From Lama guanicoe (Eukaryota): 64,000 bases of DNA. The notes beneath the pieces are model-generated. The model made no database searches, was not told the origin of the DNA, and saw only the letters and a list, made by a program, of their open reading frames with translations. Shown here one piece after another: positions 50,501 through 64,000 of the stretch. Positions within the stretch are counted from its first letter, which is position 1, and the number at the start of each line of letters is the position of its first letter. The position numbers and the translations under genes are program-made. The stretch covers positions 186,001-250,000 of the forward strand of contig MU053418.1 in NCBI GenBank assembly GCA_013239625.1. Reading direction: 5' to 3'.

Positions 50501-53050
50501 CAGCTAAAATAGCCTTCACAAAAAGGCAAAATAACTTCCCTCCAAACAAATAAACGAACAAAAAACACTGTGGAAATTCATTGCCGTTAGTACTGCATTA
50601 CAAGAAATGTTAAATGAAGTTCTCCTAGGCAAAAAGAAAATGATCTGAGATGAAAATCTGTATACATACAAAGTAACAAAGAACACCAAAAATGGGAAAT
50701 AAGAAAAAATGGTAAATAAGGAGACAAATATAAAATACTTCTCAAGCACAAGAGTATATTTGTCAGACTGATAACAAAGAAATGGAATGCATGACAAAAA
50801 CAGTGAACAGGAGAGGAGAAATTTAAGTATTCTCTTGTGTACTTTAAATGTTAAATGGCCTACTCTTACTTGAAAATAGACTTAACAAATTAAAGAATAC
50901 TACTATAAATTTAAAAGAAACACCTACATGATAATTTTAAAAAAAGGTGCAGTTAATAAACCAATATAGTGCTAATAAAATAGAGTATGGAAAATACACA
51001 TTCCAAAAGGTGTCACGAAAAGAGGGCAAAAGAATAGATGAGATAAATAAAAAACAAAAGCAAACTATTGGTCTAGACAATATGGTGAACAGCCATTTCT
51101 CCCTGCTCCTCCCTGTGAAACTCTTTGTCTGAAATAACATGCGTGAACTGTAAAGTGTTAAAGTGGCAGCAGACTGGTTTGTGAGCCCAGGACTGGAGGA
51201 GTAACACTGCAGCATGTCATCTTACGTCCCTCCACTCAACGGAAAAATGCCATCCAGACTCAAGTGTTTCCCAGCCCTCCACCTAGCAACAGAAGGTGGT
51301 CCTGGTAGGCTCATTCCTCTCCCCAGATTAAAAGGGAGTCTTTTTGACAATTGCAGGCAAGCCTGAAACCCCAGGCAGCCTGGGGAAGCGCTCCGCTCCC
51401 CCACTGAGAGACTTAGCAAACCCAAACACCTGGTCCAGGAAACCTCCTTGCCTCCACAGGTTAAGACTTCCCTCTTCACCAACAGAGAACAACTGAATGG
51501 AGAGATGTATCACATTCATGGATCAAGAGAGTCAATATTATTGAGATGCCAATTTCCCCCAACCTGACTTACAGAGTCAATAAAACTCTAAAACAATATT
51601 AAAGCAGTCTTTGTTTCTTTTCAGAAACTGACAAGTCCATCCTAAAATGTATGTGAAAATTCAAAGAACTTAGAATAGCCAAAACAATTCTGAAACAGAA
51701 CAAAGGTGGAGAATTTATACAATTTCATTAAAAATTTACTATAAAGATAAGGGAATACAAACAATGTAAAGAAGATATATAGGTCAGTGGAAAGAATAAA
51801 GGGTCCATAGGCAGACTCCCTACCACACACACACACACACAAATACAAATAATCCATTCTTTCAAAGGTGCCAAGGTAATTCAATGGGGAAATGGTAGTC
51901 TTTTCAACAAACGGAGTTGAAACGGTTGAATATTCAAATTGAATAATACAAATCTTGACCCTTAACATACACCATATACAAAAATGTACTCAAAATAGAT
52001 CGTACATCTAAACATATATTTAAAACATTTAGAAAACATGGGGAAAAAGTTCTTTGGAACTATGGGATTTGCAAAGATTTAGTAGAAAAGAAAAACTGAT
52101 AAGCTGAACTCCCAACAAAATGAAAAAAAATTTTTTTTGAAAAGCCACAGACTAGAGGAAAATATTCACAATTAATAAAGAAAATCTTATCACTTACTAA
52201 TAAACAAATGAACAACCCATACTAAGAAGTGGCAAACAATTTGAATAGATGCTTTACAAAATGAGATACACAAGTGGCCAACAAATAAGTGAAAGATGCT
52301 AAACATCATTTATCAGAGATACGCAACTGAAAACCACAGTTAGATACCTATACACTCGTTAGAATGGCTGCATTAAAGAGCGACAATACCAAGTACTGAC
52401 AAAAATGTGGAACAACTGCAACTCTTGCACACTGCTGATGGAAATGTAAAATGGAATAACTTACTTCAGAAAACCTTGACATTACACATAATAACCCTAC
52501 CAACTCAGAAATTTTACTCTAATTATTTACCAAAGAGGAATAAAAATACACATCTACACAAAAATGCACATTAAGTTCATTACAACTATGTTCTTAACAA
52601 TCAAAAACTAGAAACAACAGGAGAATACATAAATGAATTGTAATCTATGTATACACTGGAATACCACTCAGCAATAAAAACAAAGGTACTTAATGTACCT
52701 GCTGAAACACTGATGAATCTCAAAATCATGCTGAATGAAGGGAGACAAACAAGAGGACAGTTTGTGTAACTCCATTCATATGACATGCAATAAAAAAATC
52801 AATCTAACCTAGTACTATAAAGCAGATCATTGGTTTGCCAGGAGCCAGGAGGGAGAAGGAAGTCCCGGGAGGGACTGGGAAGGGGAGTGAAGAACGCCTC
52901 TGCGTAACAGATATGTTGTCTATCTTAACTGTAGGAGAGAGTGCGTGTGATTATACTCTTATTAAACTCATTAAATTGGCTACTAAAGTAGGGCATACAT
53001 TACCATGTTCAAATTATATCTCAAAGTTCTTTTTAAAAAAATTAAACCTT
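47600..53050. mobile_element. Patchwork of nested L1M fragments (antisense ORF1 and 3' ends 47600-49950; sense ORF1, ORF2 and 3'UTR 50100-53050)
   Basis: ORF1 peptide MYRGTKIKICSDLLSQTIRAKRQRNDI (ORF 50226..50507), ORF2 motifs at 51490-52500, 3'UTR AATCTCAAAATCATGCTGAATGAAG, and an antisense 3' end at 48320-48990. Confidence 0.8.
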
Positions 53051-53782
53051 ATTGCTTTAATACTGAAACTCTGAAAAATTTTTAAAATGATAAACAGAAA
53101 AATGGACAATATTGTTATAGTTACATAGTCATATATTATGTTTTATTAAAATAAATCAACTAAAGCAAAATATATCAACATATATAAATATCAAAACCAC
53201 ACATCTGAAGACAAAAGCAAGTTGCAGAACAGGTACCCACTGAAATGCTTGCAAAACAATGTTATTATACACACATACACAAAATAACTTATGTGTATTA
53301 TTGTAGAGGTAATGAGACATGTTGAAGGTGGTAGCAGTTACAGGATATAAAATGGGTGTGAGGACAGCATGCAGATGCATCAACTCTTCTTGTAATACTT
53401 TACTTCCAACCTGCAACGGGTACATTCATTGGTTATATCTGACTCAAAATTGGACATATGCATGAAATATCTCACTACAACTATACCAAGTTTCCCTCCC
53501 CTAAAAGGGTGGGCTGTAATTGGGTCAACAGGCTTAGCTTCAAGAAGGAAGCTATGAAAAGCTTCCTGTAAATCTGAATTGGAGCGTTGAGGTCACATGT
53601 CCTAGAGTATTCCAGGCAGTATTCTAGCTTCATTCACACACTCAGCTTTCCAGTTACTGAACCTAAGGAGAGGAGGTAGATGCAGCCTCAAAGCTGCCCC
53701 TGGTGTTTGTTCTGATGGGATCTAGTCTACGCTGAGATTCCCTAGAGGTTGGCCCCAGGATGAATCAGACCATTAGGCACTA

Positions 53783-53925
53783 CAGTCATCCCTCAGTATC
53801 TGCTAGGGATTGGCTCAAGAGCACCCCCTCAAATACCAAAATCAGCTGATGCTCAAGTCCCTTACAGCAGGCCCTCCGTATCCTTGGGTTCTGCATTGAG
53901 AATTCAATCAACCATAGAACCACAG
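53783..53925 (+). mobile_element. MER2/MER2B-like Tigger MITE
   Basis: TA-CAGTCATCCCTCAGTATCTG..AGGGATTGG...ATACCAAAATC..GATGCTCAAGTCCCTTA. Confidence 0.8.
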
Positions 53926-54853
53926 ACAGGAAGACAAAGATATGCAGAACTGACTGTGTTTGCAGGGGTGACAGCACAGCCGGGATGAAAACTCATTAAA
54001 AACATGTGATGGCTCATAAAGTGGAGGGCCATGGGCTGACATGCGTTTCTCTAAAAGTGGAATCAGAAACTGAGATTATTCAACATATTTGTGCTTTTAA
54101 AAAGTCCATATTCCATGTACTATTCCTTCATATTCCACAGTTAATATTTTCATGTCTATTTTCAGTTTTATTTCTATTTAAAAAATTGAAATCAGTGCAA
54201 AACATAACTTTTAGAATAACATCATATCTAAAGGAAAATTTCTGTCCCTACTTCCTAAATGGACAGACATCCTCCAATACAATCTTCAGATATAATAAAG
54301 TCTGAATTTTGTTAAAGCCTTCACATTCAAAACATTTTGAAGACCTCATCTAACATCAATTGTCTTATTCAGTAAAATGGCATTTCTTGATATAAGCTCA
54401 ACTACACTTGCTGTATTCTTTGCGTAGCTTCCTTGTTATTCCCTGACATACAATGAGTACAACTTGTGTATGAAGGTCTCAAAAAATACAAGTTATTGAC
54501 AGTTTTTCCCAAGTGTAGTTTATCTGATTGTTAGCAATGGCCAAGTTCTGGAAGAACACTTTCCTACATCCATTTGATTCACAGAATTATCCCCTACAAA
54601 ATTATTTGTTTGATAAGCCCATACTTATATTTTCCCACACTTCCTAAATACATTAATAAAGTTTTTTCTACATGTATTCATTTTTAGTTGTCTTATTAAT
54701 ATTTTCAGACATTCATTATATTCATAATAATTTCCTCTATGGGTACTCTTTATTTACTCTAGAATATCACTTAGGGTGAAAAATTTGCAACTTTACATTC
54801 ATAGAGGGTAACATCCTGTGTGACTTCTCCATACTATTTTGAGGTATGAATCG

Positions 54854-57001
<2,148 letters not shown>

Positions 57002-60000
57002 CTAAAAATAAGAAAAAAACTGTAAGTTATGAATTTTATTACATAATATGATGAACTTATATACAAATGCCCTTTTATATGGCTGACTTAGTTTCTTGAA
57101 ATAAGAATAATCCAAAATGTTCATATCCCCCATCGTTTTGGCTTAGAAAAAACAAAACCTGATAGAGTGGAAAGAGGGGATAGAAACTTAGAATACACAC
57201 GTCTACATTTGGTAATTTATAAATATAAACTTCAAGACTTAATATAGAGGTTAGAAATAAATTCAAAGCACAGAGCATAAAGAAAAATAGATTTTGGGGA
57301 AAAAAAAAGACTGATCCAGGGATGGGAAATGCAGAGAACCAGAGAGGGAATAAAGATTAGTAGATAAGAGCACCCTAGAGAAATATCAGAGGAATGATCT
57401 GATCTTTTGAAGGAAACAGATGAGACTTTACATAATTTTCTTATACTTAAAATACTGCAGATAAATCTCTATGGTTTACATGTTTCCACTTCAATTCTCC
57501 TCTTTCAAAAATTATTTTTATTTTCTGTTATATATTGTTAATTTATTATACTGTTAATAGCAAATTAAATATCTGGGAAAGTACTGATTTGTTCATGATT
57601 AAGGGGTCCTGTAGCCTGGTTTCTAATTCTCCCTCTACCCACGTGACTTAAAAAGAATACAAATGTCTACCAGGGGATGGAAAATCAAAGAGACAAGGAA
57701 GATTGCCAGAGAGCCAGATCCATCTGTTGCTTTTAGTTTGGGTATATTCAGCTTATTCTCTCAGAGTTTCTGCAAAAGTGAACCTATCCTATCATCAAAT
57801 GCTAACTTCTCATCTTAAATTTGCTCTGACACAGTATTAATAAATTTTTGCTTTTACACCAGGATTTTCACACTTCTGGGGTTTATTTATATTTAAAACC
57901 ATGGACATTTATATTTAAAAATATTCATTGACACTTATATTTATTTACCCTAAGAACTGTCAGCTAGACTTCATCTTGTTATCTTCCTTTCCAGATTATG
58001 CAATATAACAAAAATGATGACTTTGTTAAAAAACCTGTCCAGAGCCCACTGTCTGCAAGCACCATGAGACAAAATAGACTGAAGTTACAATTCTGGAGAA
58101 AGATAAAAACACTTTATACCAATTACATTCATATTGTATCCATGCTATCACTCCAAAAGTCCATAATAAATGTCTTCTTTCTAGGAATGTCAGACTGTTA
58201 ATTTTCCATAAATTGTTCAAGTCCAACCAAGACTTTCACTAAGCTGGCTTACATTCCTCATTTTGGCTTGGCCCAGAACTTAAACATTAAACATCAGGGA
58301 AATGACACTGTCCAAATAAGTCTTTACAAACATCTCTACAATTTCAAGTTCTATTCACACTGAAATTTAAAATTTACATTCTATACATCTCATTCTATCA
58401 CAACATTGAATAATACTCCTTTGTAACATAAACACCCTCTACTTACTGCAGAAATTTAAAATACCCAACTTTTTTTTTCTTCCTTTTCCAACTATAACCT
58501 ATGATCCTATAAGTGTTTATCTTTGATTTCCTCTGAATATCCTGAGTGGACACGGAATTACTGGTCCTTAACAAGTGATGTGCTTTTTCAAAATACACAT
58601 CTCAACTTTTATTCAAGCCTATAATTTCTGAACAAGAATCTAGAGGTTTATAACCCAGTATATGCATTTAGAAGTTAATTCCTTGTAGTGTTTTCTGAAT
58701 GAATCCAAAAAAAAGCCAGCCCACTCATCAAGTCCCAATTAAGTAATGATCCAAAATCCATTATAAGTTACATAACAAAATAAGATATACCCTCTTTGGA
58801 GATATAACCTCTTTGGAGAAAGCATAATATAGATAAGAAAGCAGACTCATTAATATCCATACTCTATCAGAATCAATAATCAGAATCTATAGCAGATAAT
58901 GCAAATTAAAACAAGCAAGAAGCATTTCATAAAAGCTGTGGAACTTGAGCTTAAATTAAAATGTATCAAAAAATTTTTACTTCAAATGATAAAAATAAAA
59001 AATGAAAATAAAATGAATACATGTTGCAACATGTATACACAGATAAAAGTTAATGGGAAATACCAAGACTTGTTGAAAATATTTCTTAAAAATAATAAAT
59101 GCCTACTAAATCTACAATTTTTATTATGAAAATGATGCACAAATATTTCATTGATGGGCATCTTACTGGTATTTAAAACAATTCATTTCAAAGCACTGTT
59201 AAAAAGCACATAAATACATACTTTCAAGCCTTCTCTTTTATAAATTCTAATCTGATTTTTAATGGATATATTTCCTATTCTGTTTCATGAATGGTGAAGC
59301 CAAGATCTGATGCACAAAGACAAAGGGAACAGAAAACACTAAGTATCTAAATAAAGATCAGTGGAGAGTCACCTTAAGGCAAGCACTGAGTGTAAAAAAA
59401 TCAATAATTAGTACAGGCTCCTATATAGTGGAATAACATCCCATTTGGATCACTAACCAAAAGGGACTTAGTTATTAAACAAAATGTTAACACTGAGTTT
59501 ATATCAGATTAGACCAAATTCTTTGGGAGGGACATCTTAACAAATAAACCTTAATCCTGACCTCAGGATCACAGTACATAGTAGAGGGAATACCAGAAGT
59601 GGAAGCATACAGCTATAATATATTGCAGGATGTAATACACATAGAAAAGAGAAATAAAGGAATATGAGAGTGGAAACAGGTAGAGAATAATTTTTTGAGG
59701 GGATCTATGAAGACTTTTTAGAGGAAAGGGTAGAGATTTTTGGTTTTTTGTTCTGGACTTAGGACGTAAAAATTATAAAAACAGAGTTTTTAGTAGTATA
59801 TTTTGAAATGAATAAGAAAATCAAATGGAATGGCAGAATATATAGCTCTCTCCTGAATGGCATAGGAAGACACCTTAATCATTTTTATCATGGTAAATGA
59901 TGTACTATATGAGTCTGCTGAACAAATGTTGCACTGCGACTAACTTAGTCAATATATGGGAGGGAATAACTTCCAAATTATGAGTTTGGGTATTTTTCAT

Positions 60001-60171
60001 CTTATAAATATTATTTGTTTTGTGAAAATAAGTTAATTTTGAGCACAGTGCTCTTTTTTCCTCAAAAAATTATTTATGGAAATATATTATTTTTCTCTTT
60101 TGACTCAGATATTAGATAAAAATCAAGAAACAATCTAAAATGAAGAGTAAAAAACAAAACCCCAAAATTTA

Positions 60172-60195
60172 CATCATCATCATCATCATCATCAT
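60172..60195. repeat. (CAT)n microsatellite
   Basis: Seen directly. Confidence 0.9.
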
Positions 60196-61586
60196 AATGA
60201 TAATAAAAACAGGAAAAATAACAAACCATTACCATGATCTAGCAGTCTCCATATACTTTTCATGTATTTGCTCACAAGAATCACCTAAACACATAGGAAT
60301 TAAACATAGAGTTGTAGGGAAGGAAAGCATATATATGGGTGATACTTAGGAAAGATTCAGTAGGAGTTTAGCACCCCCAGTTTTGTGCCACAGAAATGAG
60401 ATGAAGCCACATTTAAAGGGTCATTAAAAGAGAAAAATTTAAATGTTGTATATTACTATTGGGAAAAAAATAGGACTCAGGTTACAAATATGATAAATCA
60501 GATGCTTTGGGCGGGGGGAAGAGTCTAATTTCATTTAGGAATTAGAACAATCAAAAGAGGAAACAATATGGCTAGTGTTTTCAGTGGTATCAGTGGAAAG
60601 TGAGAAGATAAGAATATTTTTTACACACTTTTACAAAAGTATAACACTAACAGTGACCTAATATCAGAAAGAAGGACAGAGAGAAAAGTTAAATGATGGC
60701 TATAGTTGTCAGCTGTAAGAGTAGAAGGCTATGGAACCTAGTAAATGTGGATAAGTAGGGAAGATTGTGATTTGTTAATGATGATTTTAACATCAGTTCT
60801 CGCCACATTGGAGGAAATCAGAATATCCTGTTAGAGATGCCCTGCAGAGAAAAAATACTGAATAACTGAATGAGCAAAGGAAGTGAAGATATAAATATGG
60901 AGTCACTGAAACCTAAAGTCTTGGAGCAAAATTTTATTTTATTTTTTGAGGATCCAATTTGACTATCTGAGTTTTAACTGGTAAATTTAGTCCTTTTACA
61001 TTTATGGTGACTACTAAGATATATCAAGTTGTCTCCTACATTTTACTTGGTGCTTTGTATTTGTCACAGCTTTACTACTATACCCATTGCACTCTTCTTC
61101 CTTCATTTTGGACTAATTTGGGTTTTTTGTTATCTTTTCCATTTTCTCCTCTTTAAAACTTTGGAGGTTATACACACATTTCTCCACTTTAGATGGCTGT
61201 CCATTTCATTTGTTATCATGAATATTTAACCTAGCATTTGAAGTGATTCTGTATCTTGAATCTCTTTTTCTGAATAACAGAAGAATCAAATACAATTTGA
61301 TCACCTCCCAAGTCAATTATGCAATTATGTTTAGCATATCATAGTGTCTTTTTCAGCCCTACAAATTAGGTTCATAATTATTTTATCCACATATTGTTTA
61401 GATTTACCCATATGTTTCCTAATTTCTTATCACTTACCACTCTTTCTCTCATCTCAAGCATTCTTTTGGGTTTCATTTTCTTTCTTCCTGTAGTATCTCT
61501 GTTAGAATTTTACTAACAAAGTTATACAGTAACAATATTGCTTCTATAACTTACTTCAGGATCAGTTCAAATTTAATGATACACTC

Positions 61587-62019
61587 TGACAAAGACTCTC
61601 TCCTTAACTAAATTTATATAAGCTCTTCTGAGACCTATTGTTGGCCAGACCTCGATCTTGGCCTTTCATGTCTGTCCTTGCTGAGCAGTTTTGGCAAGAA
61701 TCCTTGTCAGTCTAGGAGAATTTCCTCCCCCTTGATGTCTGATCAAGTTCCTCATGCCCCAACCTTGATGTATAAACCTGTGGCCTGCATTTAGCAAGCA
61801 TCCTGTTAGGCCAGTTTAGTAAGAATCCCCCTACCCTTGATTGTGCTCTTAGTAATTTTCTATTCCCTGACCCCTTCACTCTGCTTGCTCACTACAAATC
61901 CCCAGCTGTCTCTGCTGTACTTGGAGTTGAGCTCAGTTTTACTGAAACTTTAACCCTTATTGCAACAGTTACTGAATAAAATCTATATTGCTTTAACTAG
62001 GCTTTATTTCTCTTTGACA
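61587..62019 (+). mobile_element. ERV1-class solo LTR (MER31-like)
   Basis: TGACAAAGACTCTCTCCTT...TTTCTCTTTGACA with TG..CA ends, internal AAGAATCC/CCCTTGAT repeats, AATAAA, and an exact 4-bp TSD ACTC (61583-61586, 62020-62023). Confidence 0.85.
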
Positions 62020-62849
62020 ACTCTGATTCTTTTAAAAAAAGTTTTCTGAGTTCATAGTTCTAATTTGACAAATATTTCTTGCTTCAATTGAGAAGTCTCT
62101 GGCAGCGTCTCATACTTTAGTAGGTAACTTGATTTTCTCTCTGGCTGCTGTTCAGATCCAGTGTTCTCCAATTATATTAATAGTTCTTAAGTATATATTT
62201 CTTTTTATTTATCCTGCTTGGTATGTGTTTTGTGTCCCACATATGTGATCTTATTGTATAATTTCTAGAAAATTCTAAGCAATCATTGTTTCATATATTG
62301 CTTCTCCATTTTTCTTTCTCTTTCCTGGTCCAATTATTCATGTTATATCTGTCTTCTCATTCCTATCCTAGATATCTTTGAATTTAGTGACCTATTTCCC
62401 TTCTCCTGTCACCTTTACTTGGACTATGTCATTTATTTTCTAGTAAAGTCTCTTCAGCTGCATCTAGTCTGCTATTTAATCTATTTTTTAGAACTTCAAC
62501 TTATTTTTAGTTCTAAAAATTCGACTGGTTATTCAACAATCTGCCTACCCATACCCATTTAGACATTCTTCCTTACTGATTTTATTTCACCTTTTATTTC
62601 TTTGAATGAATGTTTTACACTTAACTGTCTAAAAAGCCATTTTCTTAACAGGTATTGGAAAATATATTTTGTTATTTCTGCTTAATCTCACAAATAATTT
62701 ATTTCCTAGTTTTTTTGAGCTCATGTTTTGTTGAACTTAGTGAGAATCTTAATGTCCTGAATTGGAAACAAGAGAGGACTTGTTTTCTTTTGCTTAAAGC
62801 AAGCTACCAATCTGAGATAAACTTAGCCAACAGTTTGGATCCCTTAGTG

Positions 62850-64000
62850 CGGGAATAAAGTGGGGTAAGGGTAGAAGACAAACACTCTATCCCTCCAGGA
62901 GGAGCAGATAATCATCTAGGGCCCAGGAATTTACTGATACAAAAGTAGAAGTCTCTTACAACTGAAGAAAGGGGAGGTATACTGAGGAAGTCACACTGCT
63001 GAGGCCCAGGCTCATACCCAAGACTGAAGCTGGATCAGAACAACAAAGACCACCCCAACCCCCACCACAAGTGTAGCACGGAGTAACAAGAGCAACAGCC
63101 CACTGCTGAAGGAGGATCAAGAGCTGGAAGATCAGCCTTCTCTAACACAACTCCTTGGGAAGACAGTTAAAGGCTGAATATGGAGCACAAACACAGAAAA
63201 TTCTCCTGACAAAAAAGATCCAAGAAATATGAATATCAAACACAGCTACATATAAGTAACTGGAGTCCCAGAAAAGAAGGAAAAAAAAGATGAAAGCCAT
63301 CAAACCACATATATGAGAAGCTGAGAAAACAACAAAAAAGAGAAATACAAACAAATAAAACAAAACAAGCTAAACCTAGAAACATTGTAGCCAAACAGCT
63401 GAAAACCAAAAATAAAAAGAAAATCTGGAAGGCAGCTAGAGGAACTAAAACATTAAACATAGAGGAACAAAGGAAGGAGTAATTATGTAAGCCAGAGGAC
63501 AATAGAGCGACTCCTTAAAGTAAGGACAGAAAAAAGTGCCAATCCACAATTCTATACTCAGAGAAATTCTGTATTCACAAATAAAGATGAAATAAAGGTC
63601 TTTTTAGGCAAAAAAAAAAAAAGGCTCAGAAAATTCACTGCCAAGAGATTTGTGTTACAAGACATACTGAGAAAAAAATGTGACAATGAATATATATATG
63701 TTCACGTATAAATGAAAAATTGTGCTCTACACTGGAATTTGACACAACATTGTAAAATGATTATAAATCAATAAAAAATGTTAAAATAAAATAAAATAAA
63801 ATAAAACACAAAAAAAGAAATATTAAAGGAAGTATTGGAAGGACTAAGATATACAAAGAAATAAACTGCTAGAATATAATTTTTTTAAAGGTAAGTAAAA
63901 GACTTTTTCATCACTTTAAAAGATGATTAGCTGCCTAAAGCAAAGATGTTAATCATGTATTGTGGGATTTCTAAGTAAAAATGTAAATCTAAGTAAAAAT
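62850..64000 (+). mobile_element. Old sense L1 5'/ORF1 region with a young L1 3' tip inserted at ~63670-63815
   Basis: ORF1-like PRNIVAKQLKTKNKKKIWKAARG. The tip GAAAAATTGTGCTCTACACTGGAATTTGACACAACATTGTAAAATGA...AATAAA has an A-rich tail. Confidence 0.8.

Noticed and set aside
57002..64000. KRAB-A/B exons of the minus-strand gene
   Set aside because: I could not find TFxDV/EEW/MLENY or EQGEEPW-like coding sequence by eye. They probably lie beyond the window, though a decayed copy could have been missed.

Overview
Mammalian genomic DNA, AT-rich and dense in transposable elements. It is probably a camelid: the L1 3' tips look cetartiodactyl/camelid and I saw no Alu, B1/B2, SINEC, PRE1 or Bov-A/BovB. 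The window holds two convergent KRAB zinc-finger loci of the ZNF25/ZNF33/ZNF37A/ZNF248 clade. (1) A complete + strand gene that I recognise as ZNF25: CpG-island promoter (~1190-1930), ATG exon (MNKFR, 3653-3667), KRAB-A (25278-25404), KRAB-B (25705-25800), a 64-nt exon (27505-27568) and the finger exon (28062-29112). It splices to 1353 nt = 450 aa with 11 intact C2H2 fingers. (2) The terminal spacer-plus-finger exon of a - strand paralogue (57001-54854) with a frameshift, an in-frame TAG and a recent 162-bp tandem duplication; I did not find its KRAB exons in the window. The rest is L1 (including a near-full-length, multiply nested antisense copy in ZNF25 intron 2), ERVL/MaLR remnants, solo LTRs, hAT and Tigger fossils, MIRs and microsatellites. 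The best observation is that the last ZNF25 intron is a GC-AG intron carved out of former coding sequence, and the neighbouring paralogue still shows the unspliced state. Also notable are a TSD-flanked retrocopy of an unknown 3'UTR and an ORF0-like antisense L1 ORF whose splice donor is in frame with KRAB-A. I found no prokaryote-type system, RNA gene or CRISPR array. Repeat family names and gene identity come from recall, not from a database search.
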